Part shown: positions 48,898-59,248 of the stretch, piece by piece
Layout of the letters: every line of letters begins with the position of its first letter
How positions within the stretch are numbered: the first letter of the stretch is position 1
NCBI GenBank assembly: GCA_965220645.1
Contig: OZ244836.1
Span: 660,075 to 724,074, forward strand
Direction of reading: 5' to 3'
Length of the DNA: 64,000 nucleotides
From: Candidatus Aldehydirespirator sp.
GTDB lineage: Bacteria; Actinomycetota; Acidimicrobiia; Acidimicrobiales; Aldehydirespiratoraceae
Position numbers and translations under genes: made by a program
The notes under the pieces: generated by a model
Seen by the model: the letters and a program-made list of their open reading frames with translations, nothing else
Told to the model about the DNA's origin: nothing
Database searches by the model: none

Positions 48898-51156
48898 TCA
48901 AACGAGGTCATCGAACACGCTTCGGTGCCGTGGAGCTGATTGTGTCGTGGCGCGCGGCATGTCGTAGCGGCGATCGTCATCTAGTGATTCGTCAGACCAG
49001 CCCTGATCCCTTACCCACTCCCATCTTGCATCTTCCAGTATTGTCGCTGCGGCCAACACGGTTTCGTCGTCTTCGAACTCTGCGATGAGCGCCCCGGCGA
49101 ACTCCTCTATCGGCTGTGTGAACTCTGCAGGATCCTCATCCTCGGGGAACCAGGAGGTGAAGTTCTCAAAGGCTGACCTTGGGTCCGCGACAACCTCGGT
49201 CATGAGCCGGGACCGCAGGGTGTGTTCCTCGTCGGTGTTGAGCATGTCGCGGAAGCGGTTGTCCGATAGGACTGTGCCGTCAGCTTCGTTGATGCAGTTC
49301 TCGATGACCGATTGGACGAACACGGCCCGGGCGTGTTCGGGGAGTACGTCGTTTCGATGAAGGCTGGCCATGAGGTCCGCTCCAGAATCAAGATCCAGCC
49401 TCAGTTCTGGCCGGGATAGGTCGTCTAGGCCGTCTGGGTGCCGTTCCAGGTAGTGGCGTTGGAACGCCGGGGTGCACTGTCTGGCTAGGTATCTCCAGCA
49501 CCAATCACGCTGTATCTCACTGGTCTCGCTGTTCTTCAGAGTCTCATTGAGGCGGTCAATCACCGTGGACCACACTGGTTGTGGCAAGATGATGGCGTTC
49601 GTCCAACCTGTGTCGCCACAGGTTGTGCGGCTCATGAGCACATGGGTGTCGAAGCCCTCGATGAGCACAGCGAGCAGCTCGGGGGTGCGGATGTGATCCG
49701 CGTAGGCGTCGATCATGGTGGGGTGAGCAAAGACCCAACCCGGACTGCTGTCGCGGTTGACAAGGGCTACGAGGGATCCCTCCAAGCGTGGTAGCGCACC
49801 GGTGACGCCTGCCTTGGTGCTGCCGAGGCGCGCCAGCAACTCGCTGTGGGGCTCGTCGAGTTCGATCGGGCTCGGAAGCCAGCCCCGGCTGACGAAGATG
49901 AGCCCGAGTGCTGAGCGGCTGTCGACATCGAGGCCGGTGAGAATGTCGGCCAGGAACTGTTTCGGCTTCTCAAAGAAGACCGCGACACTCGTGGCCGTTG
50001 GGGGTTTAAGGTGCTTGGTGAACGCGGGTTCAGCGAGACGGCGGGCCAACTCCGGAGTGAAGCGTGGATGGTCTGCGGCCGCTTCGAGGTGCGGAACCAG
50101 CTTCTGGAGAAACGACTTGGGCTGACGCCCGTGCTTGAGGTGGTTATAGAGGATCTGGCGGCGCTCACGCGGTGTCAGGTCAGCGACATCGACGACGACC
50201 TGTGCCGTGTTGAGGAGAGGAAAGCTGCCGGGTTTGAGATGCTCCAATGCGTGGCTCAGGATGTAGCTCCGAGTCGTGAGCACGAACTTGGAGCCGCGGT
50301 CAATTGCGGACATGACCTTGGGTGTAATGCGCTGCCAGCTCTGCGCGAAGAAAGGAGTCAGCTGAGTGGCGCCGAATGCGTCATCGAGCCAGAACAGCTG
50401 CTTCTCGTTGGGGTTCCATCGGTCTGAGAACTCAGACGCGTCATCAAGCATGACGACATGCGTGTCGAACACATCGGCTGCGGCTAGCGCGAGCTGACCG
50501 GCGACAGTGGTCTTTCCAGTTGCCGGCGAACCCGTCAGAAGCACGAACCCGTGATCGTGAAGGGCTTCGGCGGCCCTTTCGTAAGTCGTGGTGCGCACCA
50601 GCTTGGCCAAGTCGGTGCGCATGCTGTCCAGGACCGCCTGAGCTTGCTCGTAGGCACGTTGGTCGAGGATCTGGGTCAGATCACCCAACCCGTAGAGTCG
50701 CGGGACGAGCATCCGCAGGCGCGGACTTTCCGCGATCTTCGCGTTGATCCACTTCGAACTCAGAACGAGGGACTGATCGATGCCACGATCACACAGCGCC
50801 GCGCGGAACCTCGCTTCGGTCTGGGCGGTCATCCGTGCATTCGTCATCAACAGGTAAACGTCGCAGCGCCTCGACTCGGCTAGCCGTTCAGCCTTCTCGA
50901 GTTCATCAGCCAAGCTTGAGAGGCCCAGCGTCGCGTCAGGCTTCGTGGTGTGCTTGACCTGGATGACGAACTCACCAGAGAACGTCTCGCCAGCACTTGG
51001 GCTCCATACTCCGGTGAACGCGCCGTCTCGTCCGCCGTCGTTGCTGTCGAGATGGCCGACGACGGTCTGGCCGAGGATCTCACGGCAAACCGTGTGACAG
51101 AGAGATTGGAAGTCGGACCAGCCCAACTCGTGCAGCGCGAACGTGACGGTGCCCAC
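48898..51156 (-). CDS. Mrr-like restriction endonuclease fused to nSTAND3-type NTPase (putative antiviral)
   Basis: FQSLC...DGGRDG...VIQVKH nuclease motif; GSPATGKTT; FWLDDAFG; VLTTR. Confidence 0.8.
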   Translation of the reverse strand: MGTVTFALHELGWSDFQSLCHTVCREILGQTVVGHLDSNDGGRDGAFTGVWSPSAGETFSGEFVIQVKHTTKPDATLGLSSLADELEKAERLAESRRCDVYLLMTNARMTAQTEARFRAALCDRGIDQSLVLSSKWINAKIAESPRLRMLVPRLYGLGDLTQILDQRAYEQAQAVLDSMRTDLAKLVRTTTYERAAEALHDHGFVLLTGSPATGKTTVAGQLALAAADVFDTHVVMLDDASEFSDRWNPNEKQLFWLDDAFGATQLTPFFAQSWQRITPKVMSAIDRGSKFVLTTRSYILSHALEHLKPGSFPLLNTAQVVVDVADLTPRERRQILYNHLKHGRQPKSFLQKLVPHLEAAADHPRFTPELARRLAEPAFTKHLKPPTATSVAVFFEKPKQFLADILTGLDVDSRSALGLIFVSRGWLPSPIELDEPHSELLARLGSTKAGVTGALPRLEGSLVALVNRDSSPGWVFAHPTMIDAYADHIRTPELLAVLIEGFDTHVLMSRTTCGDTGWTNAIILPQPVWSTVIDRLNETLKNSETSEIQRDWCWRYLARQCTPAFQRHYLERHPDGLDDLSRPELRLDLDSGADLMASLHRNDVLPEHARAVFVQSVIENCINEADGTVLSDNRFRDMLNTDEEHTLRSRLMTEVVADPRSAFENFTSWFPEDEDPAEFTQPIEEFAGALIAEFEDDETVLAAATILEDARWEWVRDQGWSDESLDDDRRYDMPRATTQSAPRHRSVFDDLV

Positions 51157-51299
51157 CGGTGGCAGAGGCTACAGACCCATGCTTCGCGGGCGACTGACGC
51201 AGGCTGGCTGGAACAGCATCGGCGCCGCAGGAGGGTCTGAGTTCCGAGGCTGAGCCTCACGGGGTATTGCGCAGGCTGCGTGAAACCCGGTGAGGTTCA

Positions 51300-51582
51300 G
51301 ATGAGTCCGTCACAGTGGGAGGATCTTGAGTCCCTCGGCACAGAAGACGTCGTCGAAGTCGTGGACGAACTGGCTGGCGCGGTCACGCACGAGGGCTCGG
51401 GCCTGTGTGAGTTGCTGTGGGTGGCGCAGCAGCAGGTTTCGCGCGGCTTGGGTGGTCCAGGCTGCGGTGGGTTGGCGGTGATTCCAGCGAAGAACACGCG
51501 GCGTGTGGGGATGTCGATGAAGAACAACACGTAGTAGCGCCGCAGCAGCGCGGAGTCGACGGTGAAGAAGTCACAGCAAACC
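51300..51582 (-). pseudogene. rve-integrase fragment cut by ISL3
   Basis: CDFFTVDSALLRRYYVLFFIDIPTRRVFFAGITANP. Confidence 0.8.
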
Positions 51583-52997
51583 GGCTCTTCGCGTTTGAGG
51601 GTGGGGTGAGAGGAGCAGCCATCCGCGGCTGAACGCGAGGGATCCCCCAGAATCGGCGCCGCCAAGGCTGCCGAGGACCTGGAGGATCCCTGTGGAAGTT
51701 GACCCTACGCGTGTTTGTGAGCTGTTGGTGGGACTGGGCGATGTGGAGGTGCTCGGCGTCGACGGCGAGGCCGGCGGGCCGCTGCGGGTGCACATCCGGC
51801 GGCGGGCGCCGAGACCGGGCTGCGGGTCCTGTGGGGGGCCGTTGTGGGGCAACGGCGAGCGGCCGGTGGAGTTGGTGGATCTCGCTGCGTTCGGCAGGGC
51901 GTCGAGGTTGGTGTGGCACAAGCGCCGATGGCGCTGCGGGCGGCGGGGATGCTCTGGGGGTGCCGTCACTGAGCAGGACCCGGTGATCGCGCCGCCTCGG
52001 GAGCGGCTGACGACGCGGGCGGGCCGCTGGGCGACGCGCCAGGCGGGCTGCGGCCGCCCGCTCAAAGAGGTCGCCTCAGAGCTGGGATGCAGCTGGCATC
52101 CCGTCAACGCGTCGGTGCGGCGCTGGGGCCAGGCGCTCATCGACGCCGACACCGAACGGATCCGCGGCACGGCGGCGCTGGGCCTCGACGAGCACCTGAT
52201 GTGGCGCCGGGGACGGTTCCGCACCAAGGCCTGGGCGACCAGCATCGTCGACGTCGGGCGGGGCCAGCTACTGGACATAGTCCCAGGCAGAACCGCCAAA
52301 GCGCCCACACGGTGGATGCTGGCGCGGCCCCGGAGTTGGCGCGAGCAGATCCGCTGGGCGGTGCTGGACCTCTCGGGCCCGTACCGGGCCGCGTTCGACG
52401 CGGCGACGCCCCAAGCGAAACAGGTCGCGGACCCGTTCCACGTCGTGCGGTTGGGCAACGACGCCCTCGACGAGGTCCGCCGCCGGATCCAGAACCAGAC
52501 CCTGGGACACCGCGGCCACAAACACGACCCCCTCTACCGGGCGCGCAAGCTGCTCGTGTCAGCGTCGGAGAACATCACCGACAACGGCCGGACCAGGCTG
52601 CGGGGCCTCCTCGACGCAGGCGACCCCTACGGCGACGTCCGCGACGCCTGGCACGCCAAAGAGACCCTGCGAAGCATCTACGACATCGCCGACGCCGACC
52701 TGGGCGCCGCCACCGTCAACCAGCTCGCCCAAGACCTGCAGGACCCCGGCCTGCCCCCAGAGATCAACCGGTTGGGCCGCACCATCTGGCGCTGGCGACA
52801 CCAGATCGCCAACTGGCACACCGCCCGAGTCACCAACGCCGCCACCGAAGCCGCCAACAACCTCGCCAAACGCGTCAAACGCGCCGCCTTCGGGTTCACC
52901 AACTTCAACAACTACCGGATCCGGGCACTGCTGTATGCCGGCAAACCCAACTGGGCCCTCCTCAACACCCTCACCCCACCCTGAAACGCGAAGAGTC
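51583..52997 (+). mobile_element. ISL3-family element
   Basis: IRs GGCTCTTCGCGTTTGAGGGTGGGGTGAGG / GACTCTTCGCGTTTCAGGGTGGGGTGAGG; no matching target duplication. Confidence 0.9.
51692..52984 (+). CDS. ISL3 transposase
   Basis: Zn finger CGSCG..WRC, LGLDE, VLDLSGPY, VADPFHVV, TNAATEAANN..K.VKR.AFGF. Confidence 0.95.
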   Translation: MEVDPTRVCELLVGLGDVEVLGVDGEAGGPLRVHIRRRAPRPGCGSCGGPLWGNGERPVELVDLAAFGRASRLVWHKRRWRCGRRGCSGGAVTEQDPVIAPPRERLTTRAGRWATRQAGCGRPLKEVASELGCSWHPVNASVRRWGQALIDADTERIRGTAALGLDEHLMWRRGRFRTKAWATSIVDVGRGQLLDIVPGRTAKAPTRWMLARPRSWREQIRWAVLDLSGPYRAAFDAATPQAKQVADPFHVVRLGNDALDEVRRRIQNQTLGHRGHKHDPLYRARKLLVSASENITDNGRTRLRGLLDAGDPYGDVRDAWHAKETLRSIYDIADADLGAATVNQLAQDLQDPGLPPEINRLGRTIWRWRHQIANWHTARVTNAATEAANNLAKRVKRAAFGFTNFNNYRIRALLYAGKPNWALLNTLTPP

Positions 52998-54290
52998 GCA
53001 TTACCTCAAGTTCGTTCTGGTCGACATGGACACCGCCCACCCACCCGTACCACGGCGACTTCAGGGCGACCGCAGGTCTCGAGTCAATCCAGAGCCGGAC
53101 CAACGACGGCACGCTCGTCTATGACCCCGAACTCGTCGCCACCGACGGCACGCCGGGTGTCTACTACTATTCGTTGGAACAGGACTTCTCCTTCAGCCAG
53201 GTGGAGCGCGCCCATGCCCTGCTAGCTGCCAGCATGCCGCTGCTCGATCACAATCTGGCCTTGCATGTCCTGAACTACTCGCTCTCCTACTTCCGGAGAT
53301 TCCAGTCCGACCTGCCGTTGTTCAGGGACTCCCGCATCCCCCTCTTGTTCGATGAGGACATCTTCCCCGACATCGGCTTTCTGGCGTTGAACCCGGGGGA
53401 GGGGTACGGACGGCTGCGGTCCATGGACCCCGACGAGCGTCCCAACCCCCGCGACGTCGTGATCTACGAGGCGCTGCCCAACGATCTTCCCCGCGTCGCG
53501 GGCATCGTCACCACCGTGCCCCAGACGCCGCTGTCGCACGTGAACCTGCGCGCCGTGCAGGACGGCGTGCCCAACGCCTACATCCGCGGCGCCCTGGACC
53601 AGCACTCCATCTCGTCGCTCGTCGGCAGCTACGTCCACTACACGGTGGCCGACGGCCGGTGGACCCTGCGCGCCGCGACCCGCGCTGAGGTCGACGCCCA
53701 CTATGGCGCGGCGCGGCCGCTGTGGCGCAGACCCCCCAGCGCGACCTGTCGGTAACCGAGATCGCCGCGCTGAGCGGCGTCGGCTTCGACGACTGGGACG
53801 CGTTCGGGGTCAAGGCGGCCAACGTGGCCGTGCTGCGGACGCTGGGCTTCCCGCGGGGACGGTGCCAGACGGGTTCGCGGTGCCGTTCTACTTCTACGAC
53901 GAGTTCATGAGGCACAACGGGCTCTACGACGACGTCGAGGAGATGCTGGCCGACCCCGAGTTCCAGACCGACTACGCCGTGCAGGCCTCCAAGCTCAAGA
54001 AGCTGCGCAAGTCCATCAAGAAGGCCCAGACCCCGCAGTGGATCATCGACGCGCTCAGCGAGATGCACGCCTCGTTCCCCGAGGGGACGTCTCTGCGCTA
54101 CCGCTCCAGCACCAACAACGAGGACCTGCCCGGCTTCAACGGGGCGGGGCTCTATGACTCCAAGACCCAGAAACCCGACGAGACCGTGGAGGACGGCATC
54201 TCCAAGTCGCTCAAGCAGGTGTACGCCAGCCTGTGGAACTTCAGCGCCTTCACCGAGCGCGACTTCCACCGCATCGACCATCTCGCGGCC
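52998..54290 (+). pseudogene. PEP/pyruvate-binding (PPDK_N-like) domain protein, truncated and frameshifted
   Basis: QTPLSHVNLR, FGVKAANVA, DGFAVPF, RYRSSTNNEDLPGFNGAGLY spread over three frames. Confidence 0.8.
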
Positions 54291-54370
54291 GCGCCTGCAA
54301 TGCGGCGGGTGTATCCGACTGGTCGGACTTCCTGACCCTTGCAAACCCCGAGCGGTGACGATAGCTATCA

Positions 54371-54550
54371 GGCTCTTCGCACTCGTTTGAGGGTGGAGTA
54401 GTGGAGCGCAGGCTCGATTAGTTGGCTCGCCAGGGGGTGGTGCCGGGGTTGTTGTAGCAGGGCGCAGATCCACTTGCGCGACACCAAGTCGACGATGGCG
54501 AAGCAGTTCGGCGCGGCCCGGCAGCGGCTGAAGTGGGTCACGTCGCCCGG
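54371..54550. mobile_element. IS debris: ISL3-like IR plus transposase fragment
   Basis: GGCTCTTCGC..GTTTGAGGGTGG at 54371; minus strand DVTHFSRC...FAIVDLVSRKWI. Confidence 0.55.
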
Positions 54551-54563
54551 CCTCATTGGAGGG

Positions 54564-55517
54564 TCATCCCGTCTCGGTTTGTGGGATGCAGGTCTCGATG
54601 GCCGCATCCAACACGGGGAGGAACTGTGTGTCCAGGTAGTCGTCGGCGATGTCGTCGCCGAAGAGCGGTGCCGCGTCCAGGGCGCCGTCGACGACACTGT
54701 CTATGACCTCGCCGAGCACGCACCTGTGTTCGTGCTCGGCGAGGCCACCGTCGAAGGTCTCATCAAGGAACGAGCCGACGAGGATCGAGACCGCTTCGAG
54801 CGAGCAGCCAAACAGCGCTTGGTCAACGGTCCCCGCGTCGAGTTCCACTAGGACAGCCAACCCGCCATCGTTGTCGCCGAAGCTGAATTCGGTGCTCAAG
54901 CTCTTTGAGACCTCTGCAGCAAGGTCGGCTTGGGCTGGCAGTCGACTGATACAGCCCGCGTCGATGCCGGCGGCCGAGAACCCATCTGTTGTTCGTGCCA
55001 GTTCCTCAAGGCGGACCGATATGTAGAGCGCTGCTGCGGTGTCGGGCTCGAGGCATCTCCACACCTGATGTGGCCAATGGTTGTCGCCGATATCGATCCC
55101 GACGATCTGTTGGTGCCAAATCGGCCACGCCCCGGCGTTTGTGGCTGTGTCCATCACGACGCCATCCAACAACTCCTCCGGCAAGTCCTCGTCGTCGATG
55201 GCGTCGCCGATGCAAGCCAGCTCGGATTGATCAGCGACCGAAGCGACCAGCTCGTTCCAAGTCACCCCAACACCGAGCCCTACCAGCGGTTGTGCGGGCC
55301 CCTCCGGCGTGGCAGCGGCAGACTCTTGTGACTCTTGGGAGTCTTGCGAGTCCGGGGGGAGATCGCCCGCGGCGGGTTCGGCTGCAGCGACTGGAGCCCC
55401 GGTCGTGGTGGCGGCGGGCGTGTCGCTGGACTCCGAGGACCCGCACCCGCTGATCGAGACCGCCAATGGGAGCGCTACCGCGATCAGCGTCTTGTGGATT
55501 GCCCTACAACGTGACAT
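54564..55517 (-). CDS. Hypothetical lipoprotein
   Basis: Signal peptide with ISGC lipobox; acidic composition. Confidence 0.7.
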   Translation of the reverse strand: MSRCRAIHKTLIAVALPLAVSISGCGSSESSDTPAATTTGAPVAAAEPAAGDLPPDSQDSQESQESAAATPEGPAQPLVGLGVGVTWNELVASVADQSELACIGDAIDDEDLPEELLDGVVMDTATNAGAWPIWHQQIVGIDIGDNHWPHQVWRCLEPDTAAALYISVRLEELARTTDGFSAAGIDAGCISRLPAQADLAAEVSKSLSTEFSFGDNDGGLAVLVELDAGTVDQALFGCSLEAVSILVGSFLDETFDGGLAEHEHRCVLGEVIDSVVDGALDAAPLFGDDIADDYLDTQFLPVLDAAIETCIPQTETG

Positions 55518-55767
55518 GGACTCAGTCCTTCCGGCTCGGGGGCTGGGGCCTTGTTCGGCCCGAGGCTGAACGGGCCCTGTCCAGCCCGAAGTTGAACGGT
55601 GTGCGCATCTGGGTGAGGAACCCCACCCACAGCACCAACATGCACAAAGCCATAGTCACCGGATAAGAGCCCGCCATTGCCAACTCCGCCCGGCATCCCC
55701 GACGCGAGCGATCCCCGACGCGAGCGATCCCCACCGCTTGGCGGCTCAACGTTGGCCATCGTGTCAC

Positions 55768-57351
55768 CTATGGGAGGCGCTCGACCACTAGGAAGTACGC
55801 ATCGCCGCTCTCTAGCCTGTGGGGATTCTCCACCAACACGATGTGTTCGCCGCCGGTCTCAGCTGTATAGACGATCTCGGCATTGGTTGAAAACCCGAAT
55901 ATGGAACTGCCGCTGTCATCATCGAAGGCAACTTCCACGAAGAAGGGATCTACGATTGCCAAAGTCGGATCTGCGATTACGGAATCAGTATAGAGAAGCA
56001 CGGTCTCGCCCTCATCCAGCTGAATCACATAGTAGTCAGAATCGGAATAATGGTCGAAGACGCCATCGACAATGATTGAGCCCTCCTCCCTTGGGAGGGG
56101 TCGACCATCGTCTGCATCAAGAAACGGTGTAAGTCTTGAGGTGCTGGAGACAACGAAGGGGGAGGCTTCATCTGACAGGAGAACGATGTCCAAGAAGTAG
56201 GTTCCGGGGCCGAGTTCTACTTCCAGAAACTCCTGACCATCGTAAGTGTCGTCGACTTCTGCGATGATGCCGTACTCGTTCGACACTCGAAGCAGACCGT
56301 CTCCGGATCCCTCAATGCCTACAACAAACAGCGTGTCCACTGATCCGATAAAAACATAGGTCTGAGTGTCACCGAAGAATAGCAGCTCTGTATTGTGTTC
56401 GAATGCGCCGCTTCCAGATGCAAGGCGACGCTCGGTCCACTGATTCGCTTCGAAATCTTGAATCAGCAAGTCGATGATTTCAGCGTCGTCCACCGCGGAG
56501 GTTGCCACTCCGAATCCTGCGTCGCTGAAACTCCATGTGGAGATGCCGATGACCTCGCCGCGGGCATCGACGAGCGCTCCGCCGCTTTGGCCGCCCGCGA
56601 TGGCGGCGTCCGTCTGAAGGAGCGTCAGGTCATAGAGATCCCACTGGCGGAGACGAGACAGAATCCCTCGGGTGATGGTGGGCTCTGGAAACAGGTCGCT
56701 CTCGGCTGGATAGCCCACCAAGAACAACTCACTGCCCGGTGCCAGCGCCTCCCCGTCGCCGAGCCTCAATAGTGGAGCTGACACATTGATCGGGCCCAGC
56801 ACCGCCAGATCGGCGAAGGGATCCCATCCCACGACGGGCACATTCTGCAACTCTGTCCCGTCCGAGAACACAACCCAAACTTCCTCGTGGGGCCACACAA
56901 CGTGATAGTTCGTCACCACGTACCCGCCCTCGATCAGGATGCCGCTGCCCGTCGTACCCGAGACTGTCTCAATCAGTGGAACTGAAGGGGCTACCCGCGA
57001 GTAGACCTCCTCGGCTGACAATTCCTCGGGCTCCGCGACGGCGGTCGGAGTCGGCTCGGGCTCCGCGACGGCGGTCGGAGTCGGCTCGGGCTCCGCGACG
57101 GCGGTCGGAGTCGGCTCGGGCTCCGCGACGGCGGTCGGAGTCGGCTCGGGCTCCGCGACGGCGGTCGGAGTCGGCTCCGGCTCGGGCGTATCGGCGCCGG
57201 AGGCGAGGGTCGTGGGGATCTGACTGGTTGGCGCGTCCTCAGACTCCGAGGAACCGCCACAGGCACTGAGCGCCACGGCGACGAGCAGCCAGGCGACTGG
57301 CTTGGAACATCGACACATGCACCGGCATCGCAGATGGTTGGAACTTCCCAT
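55768..57351 (-). CDS. Lipoprotein trypsin-like serine protease with PPC-like C-terminal domains
   Basis: LSAC lipobox; TNYHVV, DLAVL, GGQSGG; start uncertain. Confidence 0.88.
   Translation of the reverse strand: MGSSNHLRCRCMCRCSKPVAWLLVAVALSACGGSSESEDAPTSQIPTTLASGADTPEPEPTPTAVAEPEPTPTAVAEPEPTPTAVAEPEPTPTAVAEPEPTPTAVAEPEELSAEEVYSRVAPSVPLIETVSGTTGSGILIEGGYVVTNYHVVWPHEEVWVVFSDGTELQNVPVVGWDPFADLAVLGPINVSAPLLRLGDGEALAPGSELFLVGYPAESDLFPEPTITRGILSRLRQWDLYDLTLLQTDAAIAGGQSGGALVDARGEVIGISTWSFSDAGFGVATSAVDDAEIIDLLIQDFEANQWTERRLASGSGAFEHNTELLFFGDTQTYVFIGSVDTLFVVGIEGSGDGLLRVSNEYGIIAEVDDTYDGQEFLEVELGPGTYFLDIVLLSDEASPFVVSSTSRLTPFLDADDGRPLPREEGSIIVDGVFDHYSDSDYYVIQLDEGETVLLYTDSVIADPTLAIVDPFFVEVAFDDDSGSSIFGFSTNAEIVYTAETGGEHIVLVENPHRLESGDAYFLVVERLP
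57025..57174 (-). repeat. Five perfect 30-bp coding repeats (PTPTAVAEPE linker)
   Basis: CTCGGGCTCCGCGACGGCGGTCGGAGTCGG x5. Confidence 0.95.
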
Positions 57352-57764
57352 GTGACACCTCTTAGCCAGCGCGACCCACTTGGTATTGGAGGAACCTAAC
57401 CAGCGTAGCCTAGGCTGCAGGGGGAGAAGCTGCTGCTCCTGCTGGGGCGGCCCCTCGTGGCCGACGTGCTCCTGCACGTGCTGCAGACCCTGCCGCACTT
57501 GGAGGTCGAGGATGCGCCGCAAGCCGCCCTGCGAGACGCGCTGCTGGCGCTGATCAACCACCGGCGCGCCTTCATCCGCGCGTGGGCCTGCAACGGCCTC
57601 GGCATTCTGGCCGGGCGCGATCCTTCGTTCCGGCGTGAGGTCCAGACCCTTATGGACCGCGCCGAGAGAAATGAGACCGCCTCGGTGAAGGCCCGCATAC
57701 GGCACACACGCGCCGCGATTGCGCGCTGACGCGAGCCGGCCCGGTTTCGGGGGAACGGCGCCAA

Positions 57765-57881
57765 ACCCGGACTTGGACACCCTCGTGACTGCACTGTATG
57801 TGAGGATCGACGATTTGTTGATCGCTCATCCCGAGCTCGACCCCGGTGGAGTGCGGCTGACCCCTTGGAACCAACCGTCTA
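57765..57881 (+). mobile_element. Internally deleted IS982-like remnant
   Basis: DLDTLVTALYVRIDDLL N-terminus followed closely by end-like ACCCCTTGGAACCAACCGTCTA. Confidence 0.55.
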
Positions 57882-58472
57882 GGCGGGAAGGTCGGCGATG
57901 GCGGTCGCGGTTCGCAGCAGCTCCTGCCGGGCCAGCGCGGCGGGCAGTCCCCGGCTCGTGAGGTCGATGAGGGCGTGGATGACGGTGGCGATCAGGTCCA
58001 CCCGGATCTGGGCGGTGCCGCTGTCGGTGCCCGGCGCGGCCACGATGGCGTGGAGGCTGGCGTAGAGGTCCTGGTGCCGCCGGCCGATGGCGGCCCGGGT
58101 CTCCTCGGGCATGTCGTCGGTCTCTGAGGCGCAGCGGATCATGGCCTGGTTGCGGGCATCGGCGTGGAAGTCGAGCTCGAGTTCGACCCATCGCGCCAGC
58201 TTCTCGTGGCGGGTCGCGTCGGATCTGGCGATGGCGTCGCTGCGCTCGACGAGGGGGGCGATGACGGTCTCGAACCACCGGTGCACTACCGCGGCCTTCG
58301 TGGGGAAGTACCGGTAGAACGACGTCCGTTTGAGCCCCGCCGCCTCGGCGATGTCGCTGATGGTGACGTTGCGGGCGCCCCGTTCGGTGAGCAGCGCCAC
58401 CGCGGCGTCGAACACGGCGTGCTCCTGGGCTGCGACATGGTCCGCGATGGTGGGGGCGCGGATCTTCGGCAC
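57879..58472 (-). CDS. TetR-family regulator
   Basis: VTISDIAEAAGLKRTSFYRYFPTK. Confidence 0.92.
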   Translation of the reverse strand: MPKIRAPTIADHVAAQEHAVFDAAVALLTERGARNVTISDIAEAAGLKRTSFYRYFPTKAAVVHRWFETVIAPLVERSDAIARSDATRHEKLARWVELELDFHADARNQAMIRCASETDDMPEETRAAIGRRHQDLYASLHAIVAAPGTDSGTAQIRVDLIATVIHALIDLTSRGLPAALARQELLRTATAIADLPA

Positions 58473-58488
58473 TGCTCGGACTCCGGCG

Positions 58489-59172
58489 TCAGACTCCGGC
58501 CGGGGCCTGCTCGCCGATGCGGCCTCCGACGATGGTGACGTGGCGGGTGGCCGCGACCTGTTCGGGGAGATGGGTCACGACGAGCGTCGCCGCGGCGCTG
58601 TCGGTGGCCTGCTCCACCAGCAGGTCCATGATCTGGGCTCCCCGCTCGGCGTCGAGCGCGGCGGTGGGCTCGTCGGCCAGCAGCACCGACGGGTTGTTCA
58701 TGAGCGCCCGGGCGATGGCCACCCGCTGGCGCTCGCCGCCGGAGAGCTGCGACGGCCGGGCGTTGAGGCGCGCCTTCAGCCCGACGGTGACGAGAAGCTC
58801 CTCGGCTCTCGCCCTGGCCGCCCGGTTGAGCCGCCCGTTGACGTGGGCGACGAGCTCGACCTGCTCGCGGGCGCTCAGCGCCGGGAACAGGTTGGCCGAC
58901 TGGTACACCACCGCGATGTGGTCGCGGCGCAGCCGGGTCCGCTCCGCAGCCGACGCGGCTCCGGCGTCGCGGCCTGCGACGGTGACGGTCCCGGACTGGG
59001 GCCGCATCAGCAGCGCCGCCACCGCGACGAGCGTCGACTTGCCCGACCCGGAGGCGCCGGTGACCGCGACGACGTCGCCGGGGGCCACGCTGATGCTGGC
59101 ATCGTCGAGGATGGTGAGCGTCTCGCGCCCGTCGGGGACGGTGACGGTGATGTGGTCGAGGGACAGGCTCAT
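58489..59172 (-). CDS. ABC exporter ATP-binding subunit (LolD/HrtA-like)
   Basis: GASGSGKST, LSGGERQR, LLADEPT. Confidence 0.95.
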   Translation of the reverse strand: MSLSLDHITVTVPDGRETLTILDDASISVAPGDVVAVTGASGSGKSTLVAVAALLMRPQSGTVTVAGRDAGAASAAERTRLRRDHIAVVYQSANLFPALSAREQVELVAHVNGRLNRAARARAEELLVTVGLKARLNARPSQLSGGERQRVAIARALMNNPSVLLADEPTAALDAERGAQIMDLLVEQATDSAAATLVVTHLPEQVAATRHVTIVGGRIGEQAPAGV

Positions 59173-59248
59173 GGCTTCTTCCTTGGGGTGCTGGAAACGG
59201 GGGAGGGGACGCGGCGACCGGGTCGGCGCCGGTGATGTGCTCAGGGTG

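Noticed and set aside
57025-57174. 30-bp repeats as a regulatory array
   Set aside because: In-frame Pro/Thr/Glu linker of the protease
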